A DNA stretch of 64,000 nucleotides from an uncultured Chloroflexia bacterium (GCA_963716375.1 OY970306.1:1137220-1201219); one strand, 5' to 3'. Counted from the first letter of the stretch, positions 18,001-29,598 are shown. Numbers and translations are program-made. Notes: generated by a model from the sequence alone, not told the origin.

Positions 18001-18620
18001 TCGGCGTGCTCTTCCGGGGTCCCTTCGGCAATGCGGAGGCCATCGACAACGAGGTCATCGGCCGGCCCGCCAGTGACGAGTCGACGTGGATCGCGATCCG
18101 GATCGATGACCCCGAAGACAAGCCGACCGCAGTCGAGATCGGGCAGCCGGCGCAGGCGTTCGTCCCGAAGGTCATGGTCCCGAAGCCATTCGGCGAGGTT
18201 GGCGGAGGAGCGAACGCCCCCGCGGCGGCAGGCCTGGCGGGCGTCAATGCCGGCTTCGTCGCGGAGCCCCATCGGGACGTGCCGCAACTGTTCGGGGTGC
18301 TCGCGGCGGTCCGCGGCAACACCGTCGAGGGCGGCGGTCGCCAGCCGGCGGTCCTCGTCAGGGTGCGGGGCAACGCGATGTTCAACGACAACCGGGTCCG
18401 CTATCAAAACGACGAGCGCAGGATCGCGGTCGAGATCGCCGCGGTGAGCGCACTCTTGAACGCGAACTACATCGAGCTCTCGACGCCGTTCGGGCTGGCC
18501 ATCAACGCGGACGTCAATCCGAATGCCGTCGCCACCTCGGGCAACGTCACGAATGGGGTGATCGTGGTCGCCGGCTCACTGCTCGGGTCGCCGTGGGACC
18601 TCCAGAATATCTCCGCGTAG
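15099..18620 (+). CDS. DUF6519 domain protein with C-terminal right-handed beta-helix (putative fibre/tailspike)
   Basis: GAGGAG RBS, MPGDYSR..QQGRVRLDA, GRAYVDGI, GGFRGIENRLYRVEIH, WSRDDAS, YWVFAAR; then GGTICLGPG and repeated IxxN beta-helix rungs. Confidence 0.85.
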   Translation: MPGDYSRRTYNPNRDTVGVYEQQGRVRLDANLNEFVDLIDRRLRATSLDTLGPAVVPVETPDGFAIAYTAGKLTIGSGRAYVDGIEIDNHGRSLDGFVDPGFEPRLEELRGRGPIPFDRQPYVPAAPSPFAPAAPGVGTYLAYLDVFHRERTWAEDASLLDPALYGIDTATRRQAVWQVRFHDLLGGAIDCSTPDSAIPNGWSAIVRPSAARLTTNAVGVPVSTDPCDIPPAGGFRGIENRLYRVEIHDPGAFGTATFCWSRDDASLASPVTSINGATIGIVRPGRDQVVRFATGDWVEVTDDDRELSGLPGHIAKVGPVDDVKSEMDLAPALPAAFATAVNPRVRRWDQRPATIGTLPVTAAPVVLEDGVQVTFTLDPAIAGGTFRTGEYWVFAARVADGSVEQLAAAPPVGPHHHIARLAVVDGGTHTVTDCRTKWPCPCGGDGGCDCDACVTANSHNSGAFTIQDAVTQVAARGGTICLGPGIFRLRRPVEITNANAVRIRGKGWTTIVITPGRKPAFVVQGCRQITIQDLTVLGSKRQILAEEAVKGTFSMAELGGTIAIGVANTIGMTVERCILFTAPVRPDRAPTLATLGVVVGLTVRECVIVGVVGIGNPLPTVSPGKHIAGMKLTGAQSSFAGSPSAVYGVGGELGASDREQYLSGRLLMAHWNVIDNLVAAGRAGVALLGAVVAAADNRFARNDLVALIDAGIAIATISLLGTMEIDDNIVASGGFGILCGTNTARITDNTVIGFPTGRLGSLGPVITTTTTTTIFPGHVCGEDIEIVDTWVTVNGPLNPSGIRTRAGIVVVDPLGLGARLRDIRIVGNDVNDVVGLGIAALSPVRRLLIDANHVVNVVAGGIVTVSLRSESVVISANVVERVRGADIDRGKEVVGLLAGSAWTTSSASLGLGAISVLRALRADAHDNIVNQVATSGGLALGITFVGVRSGRIVSNRVQAVGDDRGAAIGVLFRGPFGNAEAIDNEVIGRPASDESTWIAIRIDDPEDKPTAVEIGQPAQAFVPKVMVPKPFGEVGGGANAPAAAGLAGVNAGFVAEPHRDVPQLFGVLAAVRGNTVEGGGRQPAVLVRVRGNAMFNDNRVRYQNDERRIAVEIAAVSALLNANYIELSTPFGLAINADVNPNAVATSGNVTNGVIVVAGSLLGSPWDLQNISA

Positions 18621-18632
18621 GGAGGCCGAGTC

Positions 18633-19106
18633 ATGGAACCGAACGACAATCCGCGCGATGCGGGCTTCGACCTCGACATCGTCCTGCAGCAGATCCGCGA
18701 CGCGGTCGCGTCCGGTGACGGCCTCGTAGCGGGAATGACGGACGGTTCTGTCGCCCGGGCCGAGGAGCGCCGGCGGGCCGCATCCGCCGCGGCCGGCAAG
18801 GCGGGCGCCACCGCGGCGGATCGCGCCGCGGCCGCCACGGAGCGAACGGCGGCGGCCGACGAGATCAAGCAGGCGAAGTCGCTCGGCGAGGTCCATCGGC
18901 AGGTCCTGACGCTCCTCGGCGAGGACGCCCTGCGGCTCGTCCGCGGCCTGCCGACGGCAATGGCCTGGTCCGACGAGCCGACGATGGGGGAGGGGACCGC
19001 CAGGACGGCTCCTGGCGGCGCGTCTGCTGCCAAGGAGGGCGCGGCCAGTGCCCCGGCCGGGGGTGGCGTCAAGGCGGCGAAGCCCAGGGCGAACTCGAAC
19101 GGCTGA
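18633..19106 (+). CDS. Ala-rich hypothetical protein, last gene of the eCIS operon
   Basis: GGAGG RBS directly after the DUF6519 stop; predicted helical segment; no recognisable domain. Confidence 0.6.
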   Translation: MEPNDNPRDAGFDLDIVLQQIRDAVASGDGLVAGMTDGSVARAEERRRAASAAAGKAGATAADRAAAATERTAAADEIKQAKSLGEVHRQVLTLLGEDALRLVRGLPTAMAWSDEPTMGEGTARTAPGGASAAKEGAASAPAGGGVKAAKPRANSNG

Positions 19107-19204
19107 GCGGCTGTCGGTCCCCCGGAGCCGGCTCAACCCTGACGGAAGGACGCGTCCGATCGGCTACTCTCTCGGGGCGTCCGTCGGCCGAGGGAGCGAG
19201 TCCG

Positions 19205-22200
19205 GTGATCTGTTCGAACTGCGGAACCGAGAACAAGCCTGGTCGGAAGTTCTGCGTCCGCTGCGCCACGCCGCTCGCGGCGGCCTGCCCGTCCTGTGGC
19301 GCTCCGTACGACCCCGGTGACGCGTTCTGCGGCGAATGTGCCGCTCCGCTCGGCGCGGCCATCACCATGTCTGCCGCGGCAGTGCCGGTCAGGTCCAGTC
19401 CGACCGCCACTTCGGCCGCCGCTCCGGCCGTTCCCGCCAGCGCGGAGCGCCGCCTCGTCAGCGTCCTGTTCGCCGATCTCGTCGGCTTCACGCCATTCGC
19501 GGAAGAGCGCGACGCGGAGGACGTCCGCGACACGCTGACCCGCTACTTCGACATCGCCAGCGACGTGATCACCCGCTACGGCGGCATCGTCGAGAAGTTC
19601 ATCGGCGATGCGGTCATGGCCGTGTGGGGCACGCCCACGGCCCGAGAGGATGATGCCGAACGGAGCGTTCGGGCTGCCCTGGACCTCGTCGACGCGGTCC
19701 GTGCGATCGGCGCCACGATCCAGGCCCGGGCGGGCGTCCTGACCGGGGAGGCGGCCGTCACGATCGGCGCCACGAACCAGGGCATGGTCGCCGGCGACCT
19801 CGTCAATACGGCCGCCCGGCTGCAGTCGGTCGCGCTCCCGGGCACCGTCCTGGTGGGCGAAGCGACGATGCGGGCCGCCAGTGCCGCCATCGCGTTCGAG
19901 GAGATCGGCGAGCAGACGCTCAAGGGCAAGGCACTGCCCGTCGCCGCCTATCGGGCACTGCGGGTCGTCGCCCAGCGGGGCGGGGAGGGCCGTTCGGACC
20001 TGCCGGAGCCGCCGTTCGTCGGTCGCGACGAGGAGCTGCGCCTGCTGAAGGACCTCATCTCGACGTCTGGCCGCGATCGGCGCACGCGTCTCGTCTCGAT
20101 CACCGGTCCGGGCGGCATCGGCAAGAGCCGGCTCGCCTGGGAGCTCGAGAAGTACATCGACGGCATCAGCGAGACGATCTACTGGCACCGCGGCCGCTCG
20201 CCTGCCTACGGCGAGGGGATCACGTTCTGGGCCCTCGGCGAGATGATCCGCCGGCGGGCCCGGCTCACGGAGGTGGACGACGAGGCCGCCACGCGCGAAC
20301 GAATCCGCGCCACGGTCGCCGAGTACGTGCCCGCGGACGACGATCGGCGCTGGGTCGAGCCGGCGCTCTTGACGCTTCTCGGCCTGGAGCCCGCGCCGGC
20401 AGGCGGCCGCGACGTGCTCTTCGCGGCCTGGCGGATCTTCTTCGAGCGGATCGCCGAGCAGGGCACGACCGTGCTCCTGTTCGAGGATCTCCAGTGGGCC
20501 GACTCCGGCCTCCTCGACTTCATCGAGCAGCTCCTCGAGTGGTCGAAGAACGTGCCATTGACGGTGATCACCCTGGCCCGCCCGGAGCTGTTCGACCGGC
20601 GACCCGACTGGGGCGGGCAGACGCGCAACCTGACCCGCCTCGCCCTCGAGCCGTTGAGCGACGAGGCCATGCGCCAACTGCTCGACGGCTTCGTGCCGGG
20701 TCTGCCGGAGGCGGCGATCCGGGCGATTCTCGGCCGTGCCGATGGCATGCCGCTCTATGCCGTGGAAACGGTCCGTTCGCTCGTCGCGGACGGCCGGCTC
20801 GAGCGTCACGGCGACGCCTACCGGCCGATCGGCGAGCTCGGCGAGCTCGCCATTCCCGACACGCTCCGCTCGCTGATCGCGAGCCGGCTCGACGCCCTCG
20901 ATCCCGCCGATCGGAGCATCGTCGCGGACGCTGCGGTGCTGGGTCAAACGTTCAGCCCCGCGGCGCTGATGGCGGTGAGCGGCACTGAGCGCCGAGGCCC
21001 TGGAACCGCGTCTCAAGGCGCTCGTTCGCCGGGAACTGTTCGACGTGGAGATCGATCCGCGCAGCCCGGAACGTGGCCAGTACCGCTTCGTCCAGTCGCT
21101 GATCCGAGAGGTGGCCTACAGCACGCTCGCCAGGCGCGAGCGGCGCGCCCGGCACCTGGCCGCCGCCCGGCACTTCGAATCGCTCGGGGACGATGAGCTG
21201 GCGGGAGCTCTCGCATCTCACTACGTCGCCGCTCACGAGGCATCGGCCGAGGGCGCCGAGGCGGACGCTGTGGCGATCCAGGCACGGATCGCACTGTCGG
21301 GTGCCGCGGAACGAGCCGTCACGCTGGGCGCCCACGACCAGGCCGTCGCGTACTACCGCCAGGCGATCGAGATCACCGCGGATCCCGGCGAACGAGCGGC
21401 GTTGCATCTTCACGCCGCGGCCTCGGCGGATGCGGCCTCGATGTACGACCTGGCTGCCGAGCTGGTCCGAACGGGAGTCGAGCTCGCGCTTGCGGCAGGC
21501 GATACCGACGCACTCGGCGCCTGCGAGGCCCTCTACGGGGAGATCCTCATCGACTCTGGCCAGACGCTCGAGGCGGTCGAACTGCTCGAAGCGGCGGCGG
21601 CGCGACCGGCGGCGGCCATCGACGAAACCGTGATGGCCGAACTGCTCGGCAACCTCTCACGCGCCTATATGCGGGCGGGCCAACCGGCCAAGTCTGTCGA
21701 GACCGCGGACCGTGCGCTCGTGGTCGCCGAGCGGCACCACCTCGATCGGATCATCGCCGAGACGTTCAACAACAAGGGCTCCTCGCTGTCGTTCATGGGT
21801 CGCCAGCTGGAGGGAATCGCGCTGCTCCGGGCGGCCGTGGATCTTGCCCATGACCGCGGGTACGTCGCTGCGGAGATCCGGGCCCGCCAGAATCTCGCGG
21901 CCTCCATGGACGGCGATCCCAGGCTCGCCCGGGATCAGCTGGAGCTCGCGTTTGGCCTCGCCCGTCGGGTGGGGAACCGGACCCTGGCGAGCTGGACCGC
22001 CATCAGCCGGCTCTACTCGATCTATGGGGCGGCGGAGGGCTGGGATGCGGCGCTGGCCGACGTCGAGCAGGATCTTGTCGAGAGCGCCGCGATCGGCCTG
22101 AGCCCGCTGGACGAGCTGCGGAGCCTGCTCGGCCAGGCGATGATCCGCACCGCGCGCGGCGAGTCGACGGACGAAATGCTCGCGCGCATGACCGAGCTGG

Positions 22201-22772
22201 CGGACCAGACCTCGGATGCGTTCGGCGCAGCCGGAGTCGAGTTCGTGCGTGGTGATCGGGCGCTGCTCGCGGGCCGCTACGCCGAGTCCTGCAGCGAGAT
22301 GCTCGCGGGATCGACCGAACCCAACCTCGCCGAGCTGATGCTGGCGCGCGCCGGTCGGGCGGCCGTCTGGGGCCGCGATCATGCGGGCGCGGTGGATGTC
22401 GTCGAGCGGCTCGACGCGCACCCCGGCTCGGTGCGTTCAACGGTGGCCGCTCGGAGTGCCCTGCGAGCCGGGATCGCGGCTCTCGAGGGCCGGCGCGACG
22501 AGGCGATTGCGGCGTACCGCGACGCGGTCGGGCGATACCGCGCGGCCGGCGAGGACCTGGAGCTGGCCTGTGTCGGTCTCGACTTCGTGGCGCTCGTCGG
22601 TCCTGACGAGCCGACGGCCTATGCCGCGGCGATCGACTCGCGCGCGATCTTCGAGCGTGTCGGGGCCCGGCCCTATCTCGAGCGGCTCGACGCGGCGCTC
22701 GCGCGACCGTCCGCAGAAGGGTCGCGGCCGACAGCAACCGCGGCCGACCTCGTGTCGCCCACGGCAGGCTGA
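19205..22772 (+). pseudogene. Double zinc ribbon - class III adenylate/guanylate cyclase - AAA ATPase - TPR protein, split by one frameshift near 20984
   Basis: CSNCG..FCVRC..CPSCG..FCGEC; ERRLVSVLFADLVGFT, KFIGDAVMAVWG, GDLVNTAARLQ; GPGGIGKS Walker A. Removing one base in ggcactgagc (20981-90) joins the ORFs as ...SGLSAEALEPRLKALVRRELFDVEIDP. May be a sequence error. Confidence 0.85.
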
Positions 22773-22857
22773 CCGGTCCCTGCGGCCTGCATGCCTGGAA
22801 TCACAGAACCGGGCAGCCCGTCTCGCGGACTGCCCGGCCCGTGCGCCTGTGGCGAAA

Positions 22858-23355
22858 TCAGCCCGCCGCGAGCATCGCCGCGAACCGGTCCCACGTCTCG
22901 ACGCCACCCGCGATCATGCCCGTCGCCAGGGCGCCTTCGAGCTCCTCGGCCGATGGGAAGTGCGAGCGAGAGGTCAGTCTCGTCCGGGTTCCGAGATCCT
23001 CGAATGCGAAGGTCTCGATGCCGACGTGCTCGCGCATCCCGTCGAGATCGACGATGAACGTCCACCGGAAGCGGGCCGGCGGGTCCACCTCGAGGTATTC
23101 GCCCATGAACGGCACGTCGTCGCGGCCCGGCGCGCGGCTCACGTAGCGCCAGTGGCCGCCCGGACGGACGTCCATCTCGACGACGGTCGCCGTGGAGCCG
23201 TGCGGGCCCCACCACAGGGGAATCCGCTCCGGATCCATGAAGGCCCGCCAGACCAGCTCGCGGGGTGCGTCGAACGTGCGCTCCCAGACGAGGTCCGCGT
23301 CCTCCGACCAGACGGCCGTCGAGTCATTCCGAAATCGTTCCGTTGCCGTGACCAT
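22858..23355 (-). CDS. SRPBCC / AHSA1 family protein
   Basis: ERTFDAPRELVWRAFMDPERIPLWWGP, MDVRPGGHWRY, GEYLEVDPP. Confidence 0.92.
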   Translation of the reverse strand: MVTATERFRNDSTAVWSEDADLVWERTFDAPRELVWRAFMDPERIPLWWGPHGSTATVVEMDVRPGGHWRYVSRAPGRDDVPFMGEYLEVDPPARFRWTFIVDLDGMREHVGIETFAFEDLGTRTRLTSRSHFPSAEELEGALATGMIAGGVETWDRFAAMLAAG

Positions 23356-23716
23356 CGGGCTGCTCCTTCTCCTGCGCTGGTTGGCCGGCCTGGATGTCGT
23401 GCAGGTACGTCTCCAGGCGCTCGAAGCTCTCGTCCCAGTGACGGCGGTACTGGTTGACCCAGTCCGAGACGTCCCGCAGGGGACCGGCCCGGAGTCGCCG
23501 CGGCCGCCATTGCGCGTGGCGGCCCTGCTCGATCAGGCCGGCCCGCTCCAGCACCCGAAGGTGCTTGGAGATCGCAGGCTGGCTCATCGCGAAGGGTTCG
23601 GCGAGGTCCTTGACCGATGCCTCCCCGTTGGCGAGACGGGCGAGGATCGCCCGACGGGTCGGATCGGCCAGGGCAGCGAACGTCGTGCTGAGCGGATCGG
23701 TCTGTGGCATGTCCAT
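23324..23716 (-). CDS. ArsR/SmtB family transcriptional regulator
   Basis: FAALADPTRRAILARL..AEPFAMSQPAISKHLRVLERAGLI; classic ArsR-SRPBCC pair; start 23716 or 23710. Confidence 0.92.
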   Translation of the reverse strand: MDMPQTDPLSTTFAALADPTRRAILARLANGEASVKDLAEPFAMSQPAISKHLRVLERAGLIEQGRHAQWRPRRLRAGPLRDVSDWVNQYRRHWDESFERLETYLHDIQAGQPAQEKEQPDGHGNGTISE

Positions 23717-23724
23717 CACTGAAG

Positions 23725-23771
23725 GGTTATATAACCTGTCGGTACTATACACGGGCGCGACCGGCCGTCAA
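23725..23771 (-). promoter_or_regulatory. Sigma70-type promoter and palindromic operator of arsR-SRPBCC
   Basis: Minus strand TTGACG (23771-66), 16 bp, TATAGT (23749-44), followed by the perfect palindrome GGTTATATAACC (23725-36). Confidence 0.7.
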
Positions 23772-23804
23772 GCCCCCTCCTGAGCACCCGCTCGGCCGAG
23801 GTGC

Positions 23805-23910
23805 GCCTCTTGACAGATTTGACCCTGTCAATACCCCCAGGGGGTATACAGCCTCTTGACAACCGTGTACTATTAGCGTCGATCTGGGGCTGTCAAGACT
23901 TGACAGCCCC
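23805..23910. promoter_or_regulatory. Cluster of three palindromes upstream of dnaG-rpoD
   Basis: TTGACAG-N8-CTGTCAA (23810-31); ATACCCCC-A-GGGGGTAT (23831-47); GGGGCTGTCAAG-A-CTTGACAGCCCC (23886-910); direct repeat GCCTCTTGACA at 23805 and 23851. Confidence 0.7.
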
Positions 23911-24007
23911 CGTGCCATGTCCGGCGCGATCCAACGAGGTTCGATCCGGCATGAAACGGTGAAGGCGATCGGAACGTCTTCGCTGTCGAAGCTCCTGGAG
24001 GTCCGGT

Positions 24008-25969
24008 TTGGCCGTCGGCACTGCCGCGGAAATCAAGAACAAGCTCTCGGTCGTCGACGTGGTCGGCGAGACGGTCGCGCTCAAGAAGGCCGGCACGACC
24101 TACAAGGGCCTGTGCCCCTTCCACGGCGAGCACACGCCCTCGTTCGTCGTCACCCCCAATCGGCAGACGTGGCATTGCTTCGGCTGCGGCCTCGGCGGCG
24201 ACGTCTTCAGCTTCGTGATGCAGCGCGACAGCGTCTCGTTCCCGGAAGCGCTCAAGACGCTGGCGGCCAAGGCCGGCATCGAGCTCGATGAGCATTCCCG
24301 CCGTGACGACGCCCGGCGCGCCCGCCTGCGCGAGGTACTCGAATCGGCGATCGCCTTCTACCACCAGGTCCTGACGGCGCATCGGCTCGGCCAGCCCGCC
24401 CTGGACTACCTGAAGGGCCGTGGCTTCACGGACGAGACGATCACGCGATTCCAGCTCGGCTGGGCGCCGGCCGGCTGGGACACGATGAGCCGGACGCTCC
24501 AGACGCGGCGCAACATCGCCCCGGCGGAGCTTGCCGAGGTTGGCCTGACGACCGCCCGCGGCTCGGGCCGCGGCGCCTACGACCGGTTCCGCGAGCGGAT
24601 CATGTTCCCGATCCGCGACGCGAATGGCGGCCCGGTCGGCTTCGGCGGTCGCTACCTCGTCGCCGAAGGAGATGTCACCGATCACGGGCCCAAGTACCTC
24701 AACTCGCCGGCCACGTCCACCTTCGACAAGAGCCGGACGCTCTACCTCATCGACAAGGCCAAGGCCCAGATCCGCAAGTCGGGCCAGGTCGTCATCGTCG
24801 AGGGCTACACGGACGCGCTCATGGCGCACCAGGCCGGCTTCGATACCGTCGTCGCGTCGCTCGGCACGGCCCTGACACCAGGCCAGGTCGCGCTCGCCAC
24901 CCGATATGCCACCAAGATCGCCCTCGCCTACGACGTCGATCCGGCCGGCCAGAGCGCCGGCTCGTTCGGCGTGACGGAGCTCAACAGCCTCATCTCGGAG
25001 GTCCAGGCGTCCGACGAGGGCATCGGCCTGACCGGCGTCGGGGTCGTCCGCCTGCCCGAGGGCAAGGATCCCGACGAGGTGATCCGCGACCACCCCGAGA
25101 CCTGGCGCGAGGCCGTCCGATCGCCCGTGCCGATCCTCGACTACCTGATCGACTACCACGCCGCCAAGGTGGACGTGAAGACGGCCGAGGGACGCAAGCG
25201 CCTGGTGGATGCCGTGGTGCCCGTGCTGCGACGCGTCGCCGACCCGACGGTCCGGGCGGCCGGGATCCAGAAGCTCAGCCAGCGCAGCACGGTCGATGAG
25301 CGCGACCTCCACGAGGCCCTGCGTGCCCGGACCCCCGAACCGGGCACGGGCCGGGCCGGACGCGGCGGGCCGAACGACGGCGAGCACGGCGGCACCCGCC
25401 TGACCCTCGAGGCCGTCCGCGCCGCGCGCGAATCGGTCACTCCGGACGAGGTCCTGCGGGCCGTGACGCCGGTGGAAGCCGAGCTGCTGCGCCTGCTGCT
25501 GCTCGTGCCGGACCAGCAGCTGCGGGTCGTGGACGAGCTCGGGCCGGATCAGCTGCCGAGCACCGTCGCCCGCGAGCTGTACCGGGCCATCGTGCTGATG
25601 CGTGAGCCGGACGATCGGGGCGTGGCCGGCCATTTCGACGAGGCGCGCCTGCGGGCGGGCCTGGACGAGGAGACCCGGGCCCTCGCCATTGCGGTCAAGG
25701 CGCACGGCCGGTTCGATCCCGGCGCGCTGCCGGCGGCCCGGATCAACTACGAAGTGGAGAACCTGCTCCTCGATCTCGAGGCCGATCGGATCGAGGAACG
25801 CAACCAGTACAACCTCTCGGAGCAGGCCGAGGCCGAACGCCTCGGCGACCTCGCACTCATGGAGCGATTGCTCAACCAGAACCGACAGATCAACGAAGAA
25901 CGCCGCTCGCTCGATCGCCGACGCGAGCAGGCACGACTCTTCGCCCGGCCCGTGGCCGCGCGAACCTAG
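24008..25969 (+). CDS. dnaG: DNA primase
   Basis: [20 protein letters not shown]2 finger, [20 protein letters not shown] Toprim, GKDPDE; GGAGG RBS with TTG start. Confidence 0.97.
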   Translation: MAVGTAAEIKNKLSVVDVVGETVALKKAGTTYKGLCPFHGEHTPSFVVTPNRQTWHCFGCGLGGDVFSFVMQRDSVSFPEALKTLAAKAGIELDEHSRRDDARRARLREVLESAIAFYHQVLTAHRLGQPALDYLKGRGFTDETITRFQLGWAPAGWDTMSRTLQTRRNIAPAELAEVGLTTARGSGRGAYDRFRERIMFPIRDANGGPVGFGGRYLVAEGDVTDHGPKYLNSPATSTFDKSRTLYLIDKAKAQIRKSGQVVIVEGYTDALMAHQAGFDTVVASLGTALTPGQVALATRYATKIALAYDVDPAGQSAGSFGVTELNSLISEVQASDEGIGLTGVGVVRLPEGKDPDEVIRDHPETWREAVRSPVPILDYLIDYHAAKVDVKTAEGRKRLVDAVVPVLRRVADPTVRAAGIQKLSQRSTVDERDLHEALRARTPEPGTGRAGRGGPNDGEHGGTRLTLEAVRAARESVTPDEVLRAVTPVEAELLRLLLLVPDQQLRVVDELGPDQLPSTVARELYRAIVLMREPDDRGVAGHFDEARLRAGLDEETRALAIAVKAHGRFDPGALPAARINYEVENLLLDLEADRIEERNQYNLSEQAEAERLGDLALMERLLNQNRQINEERRSLDRRREQARLFARPVAART

Positions 25970-25980
25970 GGAGGATTCCA

Positions 25981-27705
<1,725 letters not shown>

Positions 27706-27724
27706 GCCGGTCCATCCGATCCGA

Positions 27725-27756
27725 AACGACCCCGTGGTGCGTGCCGCGGGGTCGTT
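27725..27756 (+). terminator. Hairpin between convergent rpoD and SGNH genes
   Basis: AACGACCCCGTGG / CCGCGGGGTCGTT stem with one wobble and a 6-nt loop. Confidence 0.65.
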
Positions 27757-27783
27757 CTGATTCGAGGGCCGGTCAGCGGGGTG

Positions 27784-28629
27784 CTACGGCCCCCAGTACC
27801 CGGCGCCCCAGGTGACCGCCGCGAGCTTCGCCTGGCCGGCGAGTGACGGGTGGAAGTAGTCGCGGGTGTTGATGTCCGAGGTCGTGAAGGCCGTGTTGTA
27901 GACGGCGTTGCCGTCGAACCGGCAGTTGCTGAACGTCGCGCAGGTGGTCGCGAGCGCCGTGTTCAGGTCCACGACCCGCTGCAGCACCGTCGCCCGGCGG
28001 CTCGTGTCGGCTGACGAGGTCGAGGTCGGGTTGGCCAGCATCGACTGGCAGATGCCGCCGATGGCCCAGATGAACCGGGCCGAGCCGTTGTTGTGCTCGA
28101 GTGACCAGAGCTGGTAGATGTTCGGGATGCTCGCGACGTAGACGAGGGTCGCAGGCGACTGATTCTTGATGATGTTCAGTGCGCTGGTGAACTGGGTCGT
28201 GAAGTTCGCGACCGAGGTCATGCTCGCGACGGACTTGGTGCAGACGTCGTTCGCGCCCATCAGGACCGTGACGTAGTCGACGTGCTGGCCCGCGACCGTG
28301 GTCATCTGGCCGGCCAGGTCGTTCATCACGGCACCCGTCTTCGCGTCGTTGAAGGCGTGCCCGGAGATGGCCGAATTCCTGGCGACGAGGCGCAGGTAGT
28401 GGCTGTTCACGCTCGTTGTCGTGCCGGTGGACCAGGACGCCGCCGGGTTGTCGGCGAACGCCGAGCCCGTGTTGTAGGCGCGGGTGATCGAATCGCCGGT
28501 CGAAGCCATCGAGGACGGGAAGGCGGGCGCCGCGTCGAGCAGCCCGGTCCCGATCGTGGCGAGCAGGATGGCCACGGCGGGCGCGACGAGCGCGCCGCGG
28601 AGCCGGAGAGTCCGGGATCGATTCGTCAT
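27784..28629 (-). CDS. Secreted SGNH/GDSL hydrolase
   Basis: Signal peptide, GDSIT block I, MGAND block III, DYFHPS block V. Confidence 0.9.
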   Translation of the reverse strand: MTNRSRTLRLRGALVAPAVAILLATIGTGLLDAAPAFPSSMASTGDSITRAYNTGSAFADNPAASWSTGTTTSVNSHYLRLVARNSAISGHAFNDAKTGAVMNDLAGQMTTVAGQHVDYVTVLMGANDVCTKSVASMTSVANFTTQFTSALNIIKNQSPATLVYVASIPNIYQLWSLEHNNGSARFIWAIGGICQSMLANPTSTSSADTSRRATVLQRVVDLNTALATTCATFSNCRFDGNAVYNTAFTTSDINTRDYFHPSLAGQAKLAAVTWGAGYWGP

Positions 28630-28710
28630 CGCTGAGCCTCCAGAGTGCCGCCGGGACGTGCCGTTCGTGGCTCGACTGTAGCAGCCCCGGTTCGGAGCGG
28701 CGCGATGCGC

Positions 28711-29598
28711 TTACCGCGCCGGCGGATCGCCCGGTTCGGGGCCGGTCGCGATCGGATACTCGGCCTTCGACCAGTCGCTGTACGAGCCGGGGTAGAGGAT
28801 CGGGTCGGGCAGCCCGGCCAGGCGCATCGCCAGCGAATCGTGATTGGCCGAGACGCCGGAGCCGCAGGAGGCGACGACATCGGCTCCGCCGGCGGCGCCC
28901 AGGGTTCGGTATCGCTCCGCCAGCTGTTCGGGTGGCAGGAAGCGGCCGTCGGCCCCGAGATTGCCGTCCGTCGGGGCGCTGATCGCGGTCGGGATGTGCC
29001 CGGGAACCCGATCGACCGGCTCGACTTCGCCGCGGTAGCGCGGCCCGGCCCGGGCGTCGAGCAGGACCACCGAACCGAGACGGGCCAATAGTTCGTCGCG
29101 ATCGATCACCTTCACCCAGCGCGGGGCAAGCTCGAGCGAGGCCGGCGGCAGGCCCGGCTCGTCGGTCGTGAGCGCCTGGCCGGCCTCCTGCCATGCGCGG
29201 ATGCCACCGTCGAGGACTGCCACTGCCTGATGGCCGAGGTCGTCGAGCATCCACCACAGTCGAGCCGCGACCCAGCCGCCGACATCGTCGTAGGCGACGA
29301 CCAGGTCGTCCGTGCCGATTCCCAGCTCGCCCAGGCGCCGCGCGAACGTCTGCGGATCGGGCAGGGGATGCCGGCCGGGGCCCGTCGGTGCGACGAGATC
29401 AGCATCGAGATCGACGAAGATGGCGCCCGGCAGGTGGCCGGCCTCGTAGGCTCGCCGGCCGTCGCCGGGCCGTCCGAGATACCAGCGGACGTCGACGATT
29501 CGGAGGTGCGGATCGCCCGATCGGGCGGCAAGGTCAGCCGCGGAGATCAGGGGCGACGGGGTCCCGGTTGCTCGGGTGGATGGGGTCGAATCGCTCAT
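28711..29598 (-). CDS. Sulfurtransferase (SseA/rhodanese family)
   Basis: GHLPGA, GRHPLP, AARLWWML, GHIPTA, active loop CGSGVSA, YPGSYSDW. Confidence 0.93.
   Translation of the reverse strand: MSDSTPSTRATGTPSPLISAADLAARSGDPHLRIVDVRWYLGRPGDGRRAYEAGHLPGAIFVDLDADLVAPTGPGRHPLPDPQTFARRLGELGIGTDDLVVAYDDVGGWVAARLWWMLDDLGHQAVAVLDGGIRAWQEAGQALTTDEPGLPPASLELAPRWVKVIDRDELLARLGSVVLLDARAGPRYRGEVEPVDRVPGHIPTAISAPTDGNLGADGRFLPPEQLAERYRTLGAAGGADVVASCGSGVSANHDSLAMRLAGLPDPILYPGSYSDWSKAEYPIATGPEPGDPPAR

Noticed and set aside
2-19106. Reading the cluster as a T6SS or a prophage tail module
   Set aside because: No TssJLM, ClpV, capsid, portal or tape-measure gene seen; DUF4157, DUF6519 and the ATPase point to eCIS.
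20975-21000. Programmed frameshift in the cyclase gene
   Set aside because: No slippery heptamer or homopolymer at the site; a simple indel is more likely.
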